From Planctomycetaceae bacterium (GTDB taxonomy: Bacteria > Planctomycetota > Planctomycetia > Planctomycetales > Planctomycetaceae): a DNA stretch of 64,000 nt. The position numbers and the translations under genes were made by a program. The stretch is taken from assembly GCA_023260695.1 (NCBI GenBank), contig JALQUR010000438.1, positions 1,448 to 65,447 of the forward strand. Reading direction: 5' to 3'. Positions 27,484 through 38,600 of the stretch are shown here, piece by piece (position 1 is the stretch's first letter; each line of letters begins with the position of its first letter). Under the pieces are notes generated by a model, which worked only from the letters and a program-made list of their open reading frames with translations, was not told where the DNA came from and made no database searches.

Positions 27484-29892
27484 CTATTTCAACAGGTCAT
27501 CGAACAACTGTTTCTTCTGCAGCTGTCGCGTCTGTTCGAGAATCTTTCGCTGATCTTCTGACAACTGCCGCAGGTCGCGAAGTGCTTCGTGAAATTCGGC
27601 AAGATCGCGAACATTTTCCAGTATTGAGCTCAGAGCACCGATCAGGCTGCGCAGCTGTCGCTGAGAATTCTGCAGCGGTTCGGTGAGTGGTTCACGTGTT
27701 TCCGCAGCCACCAGCAGAGCTGCCAGAGCCAGATCAGCGGCGGGCAGTTCCCTCGCGATCGCGTTCTGCAACGGGTCAATGATCCCAGCCTGCATCGACT
27801 CCGCATTGTGCAATGGAATGGCATTATTGATCAGCTGCCGCATGATCTCCTGAAATGCCAGCACCAGAGCGTTCAGTTCATTCGCCTGACGTCGCAGATT
27901 GTTTGAGGACCGTGAACTGCAGGATGTGACGCTCTGAATGTCTGCCTCGTCAGCGGCATCCCCCGCCATGTCCGCACGACCTGCCAGCGGATCCTGAAAT
28001 TCAAGATCCTGCAGAATCTCTCCCAGCTGAGCAATTACTTCTTCAAATCGCGATCGCAGCGCAATTTCCCGCGTGTATAACAGGGACAGCAGTTCGTCGT
28101 CGCTGACGATCCGGAATGGCATGGGGGAACTGCGAGTAATCCCTGGAGCCGGAGTGGGATTGGCATCACTGGCCAGCACGGTCAGCGTCACTGACTGTCC
28201 CTCCGTCAGACCCAGCGGTTCCAGATCAAAGATCTCCCATGGTTCGTCGTTACTGCGTTGCAGGACGTATTCCGGACTTCCCTGTTGCAGCAGTCCCCGA
28301 AAGGGCCGAGGTCGCCAGTTCGTTTCGTCGTCAACCCGAAACTCCAGTCCGGCTGACTGGATGCCATAGTCATCGCGGATACGTCCTGCGATCGGAATCC
28401 TTGCTCGACGAGTCACGCTATTGCCGATGTCTGTCATCTGTGCCACCACCACGGGTGGCTGGTCCGGAACACCAGTCACCTGCAGAATCGATGGACTCAC
28501 TGTCATCACGTCATCCATGTCGTGCAGAAAGAAACGCAGACTCGTGTTGGAGGGAATGGCCAGTGGCAGACTGGCAGGATCCCGACCTTCTGCCTCGGCT
28601 TCCTGCGTCAACGCAGAAACAGCCAGTCGCAGTTCAAGCCCGATCGTGCGCTGGTCTGCCGCAATCAGCGGCAATCCCGACAGCGACTGTGTCTGCCCGT
28701 CGCGAAACGTGATCTCGGTGCCCTGTGTGTCTCCCCGAATCTCAAAGCGGTCGGTCACAATTCTGGCAGCCTGCAATGGCTTGGCCGCCAGAGCCGAAAT
28801 CCGCATCGTGGTCCCTTCCGGCAGCGACACTTCACTGCCGGTGATGTTGAGCAGTCGCTCTCGTTCCAGATTCCAGCCGGTATAGTCCGGGTAGTCACAT
28901 TCGATCTGAATCGCATCCAGCCCGGGTGCATCGACAATCTCAACATGCCACGGCGTGGTACTTCGGAAATCTCCCGCCAGCACTTCAATATCAACAGGTT
29001 CACGCAGCTGCGTGATTACGAATCGAAAACTGCGTGATCCGGAACCGGACACCCAGGCTCGACTGCGGGAACCGTCCGCGCGCAGAACGTCCACACGAAT
29101 TCGTTCCGGAACAATCCATTCAGCACCGGGCTGTGGTCCGCCTTCCGGGATCACGAATTCCAGTTCAAGATCTGCAGATCCGGGATGGGAATACTGCAGC
29201 GCCGTCTGCCCCGCAAAAGCCACGCGGCGGCTGCCCGGTTCGGCAATCGCATACAGATCCACTGCAGTTGTCCGCTGCCGGTAGACCGGCTGACAGGTCA
29301 CAAATGCTCGCCACCACTGATCGTGAATCTGTGGATTGACCAGCAGTGGCAGCAGCAGCGAAAACAGCAGCCCCCCGGAGACTCTGCCAGCACGCCGCAG
29401 CGGAACCATGTCAAAGACATCAGTGTGCTGAATCGACGCTGCCAGCTCCTCGGCGCGGGACACAGATCGCTGCAGCATCGACGCCCCCTGCTGGTCCGTC
29501 TGAACTGCGGTGGCTGCGCTCGTTTCCACCGCCAGCACAAGGCGATCCTCAAACGCCGGGAAACGCCGCTCCACCAGCAATGCCAGATCCAGTTGCGAAA
29601 GTCGTCTGAACAGCGGCGCCAGACAGCGACGCACAAAAATCAGGCCAGCCCAGCCACTGACCAGCAACAGCAGGAGTCGGCGGAGTCCCACGGGAAGTTC
29701 CAGAGTCTGCAGCCAGAACCAGCCGCTGTCGAGCAGCAGCGTACCCCAGAAAAACAGACAGCAGCCACTGATCAGAATCAGCAGTCCGGATGCGAACGCA
29801 CGCTGACGGATGCCAAGGCGAATTCGAGCCAGCAGGCGAGTAATTTCAGGCGGCAGCGGAAGCCGATCTGGTCGCAGTTGTGATGCCTGCAT
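27484..29892 (-). CDS. 3-TM envelope protein, DUF4175/TIGR02302-like (paralogous architecture to 20567..24550)
   Basis: I trimmed the start to the ATG at 29892 (MQASQLRPDR...). The TM helices are GLLILISGCCLFFWGTLLL, LLLLLVSGWAGLIFV and VSGGLLFSLLLPLLV. The motif LALLVERRFPAFEDRLVLAVE lies between TM2 and TM3. A beta-rich ectodomain contains CDYPDYTGW, and the C-terminus is helical. Confidence 0.75.
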   Translation of the reverse strand: MQASQLRPDRLPLPPEITRLLARIRLGIRQRAFASGLLILISGCCLFFWGTLLLDSGWFWLQTLELPVGLRRLLLLLVSGWAGLIFVRRCLAPLFRRLSQLDLALLVERRFPAFEDRLVLAVETSAATAVQTDQQGASMLQRSVSRAEELAASIQHTDVFDMVPLRRAGRVSGGLLFSLLLPLLVNPQIHDQWWRAFVTCQPVYRQRTTAVDLYAIAEPGSRRVAFAGQTALQYSHPGSADLELEFVIPEGGPQPGAEWIVPERIRVDVLRADGSRSRAWVSGSGSRSFRFVITQLREPVDIEVLAGDFRSTTPWHVEIVDAPGLDAIQIECDYPDYTGWNLERERLLNITGSEVSLPEGTTMRISALAAKPLQAARIVTDRFEIRGDTQGTEITFRDGQTQSLSGLPLIAADQRTIGLELRLAVSALTQEAEAEGRDPASLPLAIPSNTSLRFFLHDMDDVMTVSPSILQVTGVPDQPPVVVAQMTDIGNSVTRRARIPIAGRIRDDYGIQSAGLEFRVDDETNWRPRPFRGLLQQGSPEYVLQRSNDEPWEIFDLEPLGLTEGQSVTLTVLASDANPTPAPGITRSSPMPFRIVSDDELLSLLYTREIALRSRFEEVIAQLGEILQDLEFQDPLAGRADMAGDAADEADIQSVTSCSSRSSNNLRRQANELNALVLAFQEIMRQLINNAIPLHNAESMQAGIIDPLQNAIARELPAADLALAALLVAAETREPLTEPLQNSQRQLRSLIGALSSILENVRDLAEFHEALRDLRQLSEDQRKILEQTRQLQKKQLFDDLLK

Positions 29893-30151
29893 CCGAAACC
29901 TGCGGTTTTTGAGTAGGAAGCAACAAATTGACGCAGACGATGATCTTAGCCACTGACAGCAGTGACGACGAGCCAGAAAACACGGGATCGGGATGGTCTG
30001 CTCAGGGGAATTGCCAGTCCGGGAAAATCTGCCCGCCGCCCCCCGCCCACTTGTCGCGGACTGTTGCCTCCGCTCAATCTGTGTTAGCCTGGTGAGTTTT
30101 TCCCCGGCTGCCGGCAGCCTACCCGCAGGCACCGACTCAGTATCTTTAATT

Positions 30152-31753
30152 ATGAACCATACTCCCATGTCAGGCTCAGCGTTCTCCAGCTTTGGCCCCG
30201 CCGCCTCCAGCGAACTTGTTCTGGTGCTCGATTTCGGTTCGCAGACCGCCCAGCTGATTGCTCGTCGTGTCCGCGATCAGAATGTCTTCTGCCAGATTGT
30301 CCGTCACGATCTGGACGCCGACCGGATCCGGGAACTGAATCCGCGGGGATTGATCTTCTCCGGCGGGCCAGCCAGTGTTTATGCCGATGGTGCTCCGAAA
30401 ATCGACCCTCAGATTCTGGATCTGGGGATCCCTGTCCTCGGCATCTGCTACGGGATGCAGATCACCTGCCACACCCTCGGCAGCCGTATTCTGCCGGCGG
30501 AGTCGCGTGAGTTCGGTCGCGCACCATGCACACACACGGCTCAGGATTCTGCTCAACTGCTGTTCGCCGGTCTGCCGGAAACCTTTACGGCCTGGATGAG
30601 TCACGGAGATCAGGTGGAAGCACTGACGGGTGATTTCCGCCCCATTGCCTCAACCGCAACCTGCCCCAATGCTGCCGTACAGCACAACTCTCGCCCCATC
30701 TACGGCCTGCAGTTTCATCCGGAAGTCACACACACGGAATTCGGCGGACAACTGCTGGGGAATTTTGTTCGCAATATCTGCGGCTGCTCCGGCTCCTGGG
30801 AAATCAACTCCCTGATTGAATACCAGAAACAGCACATTCGGGAACGTGTGGGAAATCGCCGCGTTGTCTGCGGCCTCTCGGGTGGCGTTGACTCGTCCGT
30901 GGTCGCAGCATTGATTTCCGAGTCGATTGGAGACCAGCTGTCCTGCATCTTTGTGGACAACGGGCTGCTCCGGAAAGGCGAACGCGAAGAAGTTGAAGAA
31001 CAGTTTACGAATCACTTCCAGACCGACCTCCGCGTCGTGGATGCGTCCAGCCAGTTCCTCGAAGAACTTGCCGGGGTCACCGATCCTCAGGAGAAACGCC
31101 GCATTATCGGGCGGGTCTTCATCGAGGTGTTCCGCAAGGAAGCAGAGTCCATTCCCGATGCGGTCTTTCTTGCTCAGGGTACTCTCTACCCCGATGTCAT
31201 TGAGAGTGGCGCCAATCCGGATGGTCCCGCGGCAACAATCAAGTTCCATCACAACGTCGGAGGCCTGCCCGAAGAGCTTGGCTTCGAACTGATTGAACCA
31301 CTGCGGGATCTGTTCAAGGACGAAGTGCGACGCATGGGCGAACAGCTGGGGCTGCCCGAAAAAATGGTCTGGCGACACCCGTTCCCGGGGCCCGGACTTG
31401 CCGTACGCTGCCCGGGCGAAGTTGCCGAAGATCGTCTGAAAATTCTGCGGGAAGCGGATGCCATCCTGATTGAGGAACTTCATCGACATCAGCTTTATCG
31501 ACGAATTCAGCAGGCGTTTGTGGTGCTGCTGCCGGTACAGACAGTGGGCGTCATGGGTGACGACCGCACCTACGAATATGTCGCAGCAATTCGAGCCATC
31601 GAGACAGAAGATTTCATGACTGCCGACTGGTTCCATTTTCCTCCGGAAATCCTCGGCAGCATTTCCAGCCGCATCATTAATTCTGTCCGCGGCATCAATC
31701 GGGTGGTCTACGATGTCAGCTCCAAACCCCCCGCGACGATTGAATGGGAATAG
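30152..31753 (+). CDS. guaA: GMP synthase (glutamine-hydrolysing)
   Basis: [19 protein letters not shown] and GICYGMQ are the GATase motifs. [10 protein letters not shown] is the PP-loop. C-terminal ...KPPATIEWE is present. The start is either 30152 or 30167. Confidence 0.95.
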   Translation: MNHTPMSGSAFSSFGPAASSELVLVLDFGSQTAQLIARRVRDQNVFCQIVRHDLDADRIRELNPRGLIFSGGPASVYADGAPKIDPQILDLGIPVLGICYGMQITCHTLGSRILPAESREFGRAPCTHTAQDSAQLLFAGLPETFTAWMSHGDQVEALTGDFRPIASTATCPNAAVQHNSRPIYGLQFHPEVTHTEFGGQLLGNFVRNICGCSGSWEINSLIEYQKQHIRERVGNRRVVCGLSGGVDSSVVAALISESIGDQLSCIFVDNGLLRKGEREEVEEQFTNHFQTDLRVVDASSQFLEELAGVTDPQEKRRIIGRVFIEVFRKEAESIPDAVFLAQGTLYPDVIESGANPDGPAATIKFHHNVGGLPEELGFELIEPLRDLFKDEVRRMGEQLGLPEKMVWRHPFPGPGLAVRCPGEVAEDRLKILREADAILIEELHRHQLYRRIQQAFVVLLPVQTVGVMGDDRTYEYVAAIRAIETEDFMTADWFHFPPEILGSISSRIINSVRGINRVVYDVSSKPPATIEWE

Positions 31754-31757
31754 GCTT

Positions 31758-33032
31758 GTGAGAGCAGAGATACTGGCCATTGGTTCTGAACTGACCTGTG
31801 GCTCAAGGCTGGATACCAACAGTCAGTGGCTCAGCCGGGAACTTGAGGCACTGGGCTGGACAGTGGTCCGTCACACAACCCTCGCTGACGAACTCGATGC
31901 AATCGTTGCCGAAATCAGCGCTGCACCGCAACGGTCCGATCTGCTTCTGATCACCGGTGGGCTCGGCCCCACACTGGATGATCTCACTCGCGACGCTCTG
32001 GCGCAGGCCTTTGCCAGTCCGCTCGAACGCGATCCCGTATCACTCCAGCAGATTCGGGATCTGTTTGCTGCGCGCGGACGGAGTATGCCCGAAAGCAATC
32101 TGCGGCAGGCGGATCGCCCGCGTGAATCCGAATCTCTGTTCAACAGCTGTGGAACAGCCCCCGGAATCCTGATGCGGATTCCTCGGACAGACCATGCACA
32201 CCCCTGTCTGATTGCAGCGCTGCCCGGAGTCCCGGCAGAAATGCGCGTCATGTTTCAGGAACAGGTCCTGCCGCAACTGCCCGCCAGTTCAGCAAGGCTT
32301 GTGCGCGGAGTGCTCCGCAGCTTCGGCTTCGGGGAATCAGAAGCCGAACAAAGACTCGGTGACCTGACCGCTCGAGGTCGTAATCCGGAAGTTGGAATCA
32401 CTGCCAGTGAAGCGGTCATTTCTCTCTGGGTCTCATCGCGATCAGCCGATGCCGAAACTGCGGAGCAGATGTTTCAGCGAACTGCAGCTGAAATTCGAGA
32501 CCGGCTCGGTGCTGCGGTCTACGGCGATGGCGACATTGAACTGCATGAAGTGCTGTTGCAGCAGCTGCATGATCGAAGGCTGCAGATCTCCGTTCTGGAA
32601 GGCACAACCACTGGCGGGCAGATCGGCATGTGGTTTTCTGCAGATCACCGCAGCAGCACTGTTCTGGAGCAGGCTGCGCTGCTGACGGACTCAGACTGGA
32701 ATAAGGCGGACTCGACTGCGGACAATGACCCGTTCGCAGACTGGAAGAAGCAGGTGGTCAGCAGCTGCGACCGAATTTTCTCCGCACGTTCGCTCGGTGG
32801 AATTCTGCTCTCATCCGGCTGCTGTGACCAGCAGCAGGAGTCCGGCGTCATGCTGCGACGCGGTCAGATCGCCGTTGCAACTCCGGATCTGATCCGCTTT
32901 GTTGATGTGAGCATGTCCGGAAACCTGCGGATTTTCAGGCAGCGCGCGGCACGTACGGCCATCAATCTGCTGCGTCTGCACTATTCCGCCCCCGAATGGG
33001 AAGTCCCCGGGATGGTGAAACTTCCGCGCTGA
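31758..33032 (+). CDS. cinA: CinA-family protein (MoCF-binding domain + divergent PncC-like domain)
   Basis: The GTG at 31758 gives VRAEILAIGSELTCGSRLDTNSQWLSRELEALG, which is the canonical CinA N-terminus. LLITGGLGPTLDDLTR is present. I rejected the longer ORF-track start because it would overlap the guaA end. Confidence 0.8.
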   Translation: MRAEILAIGSELTCGSRLDTNSQWLSRELEALGWTVVRHTTLADELDAIVAEISAAPQRSDLLLITGGLGPTLDDLTRDALAQAFASPLERDPVSLQQIRDLFAARGRSMPESNLRQADRPRESESLFNSCGTAPGILMRIPRTDHAHPCLIAALPGVPAEMRVMFQEQVLPQLPASSARLVRGVLRSFGFGESEAEQRLGDLTARGRNPEVGITASEAVISLWVSSRSADAETAEQMFQRTAAEIRDRLGAAVYGDGDIELHEVLLQQLHDRRLQISVLEGTTTGGQIGMWFSADHRSSTVLEQAALLTDSDWNKADSTADNDPFADWKKQVVSSCDRIFSARSLGGILLSSGCCDQQQESGVMLRRGQIAVATPDLIRFVDVSMSGNLRIFRQRAARTAINLLRLHYSAPEWEVPGMVKLPR

Positions 33033-33238
33033 TCTGCCCGTGTTTTTCCGCGGCAGCCGCCACTCAGGGCTCCCGGAACTGCGACGAATGCAAAAAAACA
33101 GCCACTCTCGCCCGAATCGCTCTTCTGCCAATTTTGCCGGGTTTGCTATTCTCACATGCACAAGGCTGCAGCAACACTCGGATTTCCTTCCAGAATCCGT
33201 CTGCAGTACCGCCAATTGTCCGGATGGAGACTGAATTC

Positions 33239-34102
33239 ATGAAACCCCGATTTCTGCAGTGTCTGACTCTGCTTGCTGCTCTGGCTGTCGCCACACCGGT
33301 CGTCTGTGCTCAGGGAATCCTCGCATGGAAACTGACCGCCGGTGAATCGCTCAACTACACGATCACTCAGGGTACGGAAATGCAGGTCTCCCTGGCCGGT
33401 CAGCGTCAGAACATGAAGCTGAATCAGGTCATGACCCTGGTCTGGAACATCAACGATGTCACCAGCACCGAATCCAGCATGGACCAGATCATCAAGCGGG
33501 TTCAGCTCTCCTCGGATGGTGGGATTACCGGCAACTTCCAGTTTGATTCACAGGATACGAATCCGGCCGAATCAGGAGTCGCTCGTTCAATTTCAGATGT
33601 GTTCGGAAAAGTGATCGACCAGCCCTTCAAGGTCACCATGAAGAACAACGGAACCATCGGGGCGGTGCAGGTTCCGGATGCAATCCTCAGGACACTTCCT
33701 GCCACCGGTGTCGTCAATGAACAGACACTGCGTCAGATGATGACGCAATCAGCAGTCACATTTCCCGACACACCGGTCAGCACGGATGATTCGTGGGAGA
33801 GTAATCAGAAAGTGGATGTCCAGTTCGGAACCATGAATATCGGTTCAAAACTGACATATCGAGGACGTGACCCGGAAACTGGACACGCTGTCATCGAGGT
33901 TCTCCCCAGCCTCAGCATCACTGCCAATGAAGAATCTCCCCAGACGATTTCGCTGACGTCTTCTGAGGGAACCGGTCGGATTCTGTTCGATACAGAACGG
34001 GGGCGAGTGGTTCGCTCGGACCTCGATCTGACCATGAAAATGAAAGTCTCCCAGTTTGATCAGACAGTGCGTCAGAGAACCCGAATGGAACTGCTGGAGT
34101 AA
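33239..34102 (+). CDS. secreted hypothetical protein
   Basis: The ATG at 33239 gives MKPRFLQCLTLLAALAVATPVVCAQG (Sec signal). The remainder looks beta-rich and I recognise no motif. Confidence 0.65.
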   Translation: MKPRFLQCLTLLAALAVATPVVCAQGILAWKLTAGESLNYTITQGTEMQVSLAGQRQNMKLNQVMTLVWNINDVTSTESSMDQIIKRVQLSSDGGITGNFQFDSQDTNPAESGVARSISDVFGKVIDQPFKVTMKNNGTIGAVQVPDAILRTLPATGVVNEQTLRQMMTQSAVTFPDTPVSTDDSWESNQKVDVQFGTMNIGSKLTYRGRDPETGHAVIEVLPSLSITANEESPQTISLTSSEGTGRILFDTERGRVVRSDLDLTMKMKVSQFDQTVRQRTRMELLE

Positions 34103-34154
34103 GTCAGCCTCGGCAAGTCCGAGATCGCCCCCGGTTGATCCCCACACAAGGTCA

Positions 34155-34187
34155 GCTCGCTGTGCCGCAGCGAGCCGGCCTTTTTTT
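34155..34187 (+). terminator. rho-independent terminator (plus strand)
   Basis: Stem is gctcgctg/cagcgagc (34155-34162 and 34168-34175) with loop tgccg. Then cggcc and T7 (34181-34187). It lies 53 nt after the 34102 stop. Confidence 0.7.
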
Positions 34188-34322
34188 GTTCGGAAACGGG
34201 AAACTGCGACTGCTGCCAGAGCCGCATCTCGTTTTCCGTTGCGATTGGGAAATAATGGCAAGGCAACGAAAATCGACGCGGCAGGCACGCCCTCAGCCCG
34301 CGCCACGGACAAAGGGAATCAG

Positions 34323-34889
34323 GTGAAGCGGATCTTTCTGACACTCGCGGTACTCGCCAATATCTGTGTCATCGCTGCGTTCACTCTGGGGCTGCAGGTT
34401 GGTGATCCGCTGGCCAACGGAGGTGTGGATCCGGCAGTGAATGCCAGAATTGGCACCCATATGCTCATCGGACTCGCGGCACTGACCAGCGTCACTCTGG
34501 TTCACGCCCTGCTCTTTACATATTTCATGGGTACGGGCCGCTGGCTTGAGGAAACCAGCAACGCCTACAGCCTCGGAAATGACTACTACCACGCCAGTAA
34601 GAAGCTCAAGTACGGAATGCTCCCGGGGATTCTGCTGGTGTTTGCGATGGTGATGCTCACCGGCTGTCTGGGAGCGGTTGCAGACCCGGCAACTGCAGTG
34701 TCGCTCGCATCAACCACCGGAATCTCAGACTCAATGCTGCACTTCACCGCCGCCATTGTGACCTGGCTGGTGAATCTGCTGGTCAATTTCACGCAGTACA
34801 TCCGCATTGCTCAGAATTCAGCCGTGGTCGAACAGGTGCTCGCCGACGTCCGCAGAATCCGCATGGATCGCGGACTGCCTGTCGATTGA
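34323..34889 (+). CDS. 4-TM membrane protein, unknown function
   Basis: The GTG at 34323 is preceded by AAGGGA. It gives VKRIFLTLAVLANICVIAAFTLGL... followed by three more hydrophobic helices. The upstream part of the ORF-track entry overlaps the previous gene and the terminator. Confidence 0.6.
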   Translation: MKRIFLTLAVLANICVIAAFTLGLQVGDPLANGGVDPAVNARIGTHMLIGLAALTSVTLVHALLFTYFMGTGRWLEETSNAYSLGNDYYHASKKLKYGMLPGILLVFAMVMLTGCLGAVADPATAVSLASTTGISDSMLHFTAAIVTWLVNLLVNFTQYIRIAQNSAVVEQVLADVRRIRMDRGLPVD

Positions 34890-35110
34890 TGCACCGAAAC
34901 AAATGCAGCCTGGCCGCCGGAATGCCGATGTCAGACATGGCTTCGTCTGAGGCAGCAGTATCCGCTCAACGCAACAGACGGGATCCGCCTGGTAATACTC
35001 CCGGGAACAGATATCCTGCTCGTCGTGGCAACTCCGAAACTGCGTTCGCGGGCAGCGCGACACAACGCCATGGCTGCGAACTCTGAATTATCACAAACAC
35101 GGACGGACCA

Positions 35111-35392
35111 ATGGCAGAACGCGAATATTCACGGTATCAGCAAAAAGTCATTCAGCGTTACTACGACAATCGCGAACAGATTGACGAGCAGCGTCTGGCG
35201 GAACTGGTCACCAACCTTTATCTCGCGCCTCCGGCAAAACAAAAAAAACTCTGGGAAACAGCCGCAGAGCTGCTGACTCGAATGCAGGTACCGCAGACCA
35301 GAATCGATCACATCATTCAATCCGGCGACCCCACTGTTCTGGCTCGAGTTGTGGAAGATCTGCAGAAGGGAATCCTTCGTCGCTCAAAGTGA
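35111..35392 (+). CDS. small hypothetical protein (93 aa)
   Basis: It is an ATG-started ORF whose codon usage resembles its neighbours. It looks helical and charged (MAEREYSRYQQKVIQRYYDNREQIDEQRLAELV...). I recognise no family. Confidence 0.55.
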   Translation: MAEREYSRYQQKVIQRYYDNREQIDEQRLAELVTNLYLAPPAKQKKLWETAAELLTRMQVPQTRIDHIIQSGDPTVLARVVEDLQKGILRRSK

Positions 35393-35563
35393 CCACCGGC
35401 CGCCATTGATTCTGGACAAAACAGCACGACTGCCTCACAATCTGCGGGGTCCGCTGAAGCCACCAACGGCTTTACGCAGTCAGCATTTGCTCGCCCCGGG
35501 GCACGTCCCCGCAGAAACAAAAAACCTTCCTCAGGTCCTGCCTTCCTGTACAGCTGCGTAAGT

Positions 35564-35577
35564 GAAATCCGGATTTC
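35564..35577. promoter_or_regulatory. perfect 14-bp palindrome GAAATCCGGATTTC
   Basis: Read directly from the sequence. It lies 60-73 nt upstream of the ATG at 35637 of the second PSCyt/DUF1553 gene. Confidence 0.3.
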
Positions 35578-35636
35578 ATCCAACCGCACTGCTTTTCACT
35601 GAAGACTGCCAACATCAGCCAAACCGGAGTAATCGC

Positions 35637-38600
35637 ATGGTTTCTCAGGCAGCTCGTTTGTTTCCGATACTTCTCCTGGTCGCCGCAACGGCAGCAGCGC
35701 AGGACGGCACAGCTCAGAGAATTGAGTTCAACCGCGACATCCGTCCGATCCTCTCGGATAACTGCTACTTCTGCCATGGCCCGGATCAGAACCACCGCGA
35801 GGCAGAACTCCGTCTCGACACCAAAGACGGTCTGCTGAACAAAGAACAAGCAGTCGTTGTGCCCGGCGACCCCGCTGGAAGCCTGCTGATTCAACGAGTG
35901 GAATCCGCTGATCCGGACACTGTTATGCCACCCCCGGATTCCGGCAAATCGCTGACCAGCGAACAGGCGGCGCTGCTGCGTCAGTGGATCCAGCAGGGTG
36001 GAGAATTCCAGGGACACTGGTCGTTTTTGCCCGTGAATCGCGAACGACAGACTGGACCTGATGCCGGACCTCAGGCAGCAGCGGCAGTAATCGATCTGCT
36101 TGTGCAGCAGCAGCGGGAAGCCCACGGTCTGAAAGAGGCTGCACCTGCTGATCCGATCACCCTCTATCGGCGACTCAGCCTTGACCTCACCGGGCTGCCT
36201 CCCGACGCCGAAGACGCTGCTGCATTCGCTGCTGACCCTTCACCGCAGGCATGGGAACAGGCAGTGGACAGGATGCTGCAATCTCCTCAGTTTGGCGAAC
36301 GCATGGCCGTCTGGTGGCTGGATCTTGTTCGCTATGCGGACAGCGTCGGGTACCACGGTGACCAGGAAGTCAGCATCTCACCCTTCCGCGATTATGTCAT
36401 TGAATCATTCAACAGCAACAAGCGATTTGATCAGTTCACGCGGGAGCAGCTTGCGGGGGATCTGATGCCGGACGCCGACCAGCAGCTGCTGATTGCGTCC
36501 GGTTACAACCGTCTTGGGATGATGAGTGCCGAGGGAGGTGTTCAGCCGAAGGAATACCTCGCAAAGTACATTGCCGAACGTGTCCGTAATGCCTCCGGAA
36601 CATGGCTCGGCATCACCCTCGGTTGTGCGGAATGTCATGATCATAAGTTTGACCCGCTCACAACCCAGGACTTCTATCGCTTTGAAGCATTCTTCGCAGA
36701 CATCCGGGAAAAAGGACTGTATTCCGGTGGCGGACCGGCAGACCGCTGGGGCCCCAGCATTCGTGTTCCCACTGCTGAACAGAAACAGCAGCTGACCGCA
36801 CTCGATCAGCAGATTGCAGAACTTCAGGCCAGCTACGATGCAAACACCCCTGCCCTGCTGGCGGAACTGGCGGAATGGGAAAAGTCATGGGTTCCGTGGA
36901 ACGTGCTCAGACCCCAATCAGCAGTCGCTCGAGGTGACACGCAGCTGACAGTCAATGACGATGGTTCTGTTCTGGCGGGTGGACCGAATCCCGCCACGGA
37001 AAGCTACACGCTTACCTTCGACAGTCTGCCCGCAGGTACGACGGCTTTCCGGATCGACGTTCTGCCTCACGATTCCCTGCCGAAACGGGGCCCCGGCCGA
37101 GCCGGAAACGGGAACTTTGTGCTTTCCGAACTGCAGGTTCGCATTCAGGGTCCTGACGAGCAAACGCTTGTTCCGCTCCAGAATGCAACGGCCAGCTACG
37201 AGCAGACCGGGGCAGCAGGAGCCAATCCATATGGCAAATGGGCTGTTGCAGCAGCAATTGACGCAGATGAAAAAGGGCCGACCTGGGGCTGGGCCATCAT
37301 GGAACAGGTCGGCAAACAGCACTACGCCGTTTTCGAAACTGCGGCCGACCTGACGCTCCCGGAAGGTGCGTCGCTGGCAATCACACTCGAGCAGAATCTC
37401 GACAATCCCGGCCATAACATCGGCCACTTCAGGATCTCCGCAGCAACAAACCCGCGCCCCGTTTCCGGAGCTGCAACACCTCCGGATGAGATTGCTGCAA
37501 TTCTTGTGGTTTCTGCTGCCGATCGTTCAGCGGATCAGCAACGACAGCTGCACACCTGGTACCGCACCGTCTCAGCGATGCTGCAGCCGGTGCGAGCTCA
37601 GTTAGCCGACCTGCAGAACAAACGCACCCAGTTACAGAACTCCCTGACATTGACGCTGGTTACCGAAACGGTTGAACCGCGGATGATTCGAATTCTGCCT
37701 CGCGGCAACTGGATGGATGACAGTGGAGAAGTCGTGCAGCCGGCCATTCCTGCAGTGTTCGGCGGGAAGCCTGCAGCAGAGGGTCGGCTCACGAGGCTGG
37801 ATCTGGCCAACTGGATTGTGTCGGACGAAAACCCGCTCACGGCTCGCGTGACTGTCAACCGCGTCTGGAAAATGCTGTTTGGCGAGGGTCTCTCGCGACG
37901 CCTCGACGATCTGGGTGCTCAGGGTGAATGGCCAACACACCCCGAATTACTCGATTTTCTGGCCACTGAGTTTCAGGCTGGAGGCTGGGATTTCCAGAGA
38001 CTGATCCGTGCGATTGTCCTGTCGGCAACCTATCAGCAAAGCTCGCTGGCCGACGACCAGCTGCTGGCGGCAGACCCGTACAATATGTGGCTGGCTCGGC
38101 AGGGGCGATTCCGCATTGATGCAGAGTTCATCCGTGACACTGTACTGAGCATCAGCGGTCTGCTGATTGATGAGGTGGGCGGGCCCAGCGTCCGTCCGTA
38201 TCAGCCTGCCGGCTACTGGGCTTACCTCAACTTCCCCACACGTGAATGGACTGCAAACACCGGCAGCAGCCTCTATCGCCGAGGAATCTACACGCACTGG
38301 CAACGACAGTACCTGCACCCGGCCCTGCTTGCCTTCGATGCCCCCGGTCGTGAGGAATGCACCGCTCAACGCAGTCGTTCCAATACCCCGCTTCAGGCAC
38401 TGGTGCTGATGAATGCCCCCGAGTATGTGGAAGCGGCACGCGTTCTTGCAGATGAAATGCTGGGAATCGAATCAGCCGACGACCGGCAGAAACTGGATCT
38501 GGTTTACCGCAGGGCATTGTCTCGCCCTGCAAGCAAAGCCGAAGTGGCCATCCTGCTGGACCTGCTGCAAAACCACCGGCGGGAGTATGCCGAGAATGTA

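Noticed and set aside
29893-30168. N-terminal extensions offered by the ORF track. Examples are 27484..30168, 29993..30151, 31713..31757, 32996..33238, 34056..34322, 18412..18600, 20297..20407, 10075..10152, 35562..35636 and 56996..57103.
   Set aside because: The extensions overlap neighbouring genes or terminators, lack signal or domain content, and are followed by internal starts. Those internal starts give canonical N-termini, signal peptides or Shine-Dalgarno-like sequences.
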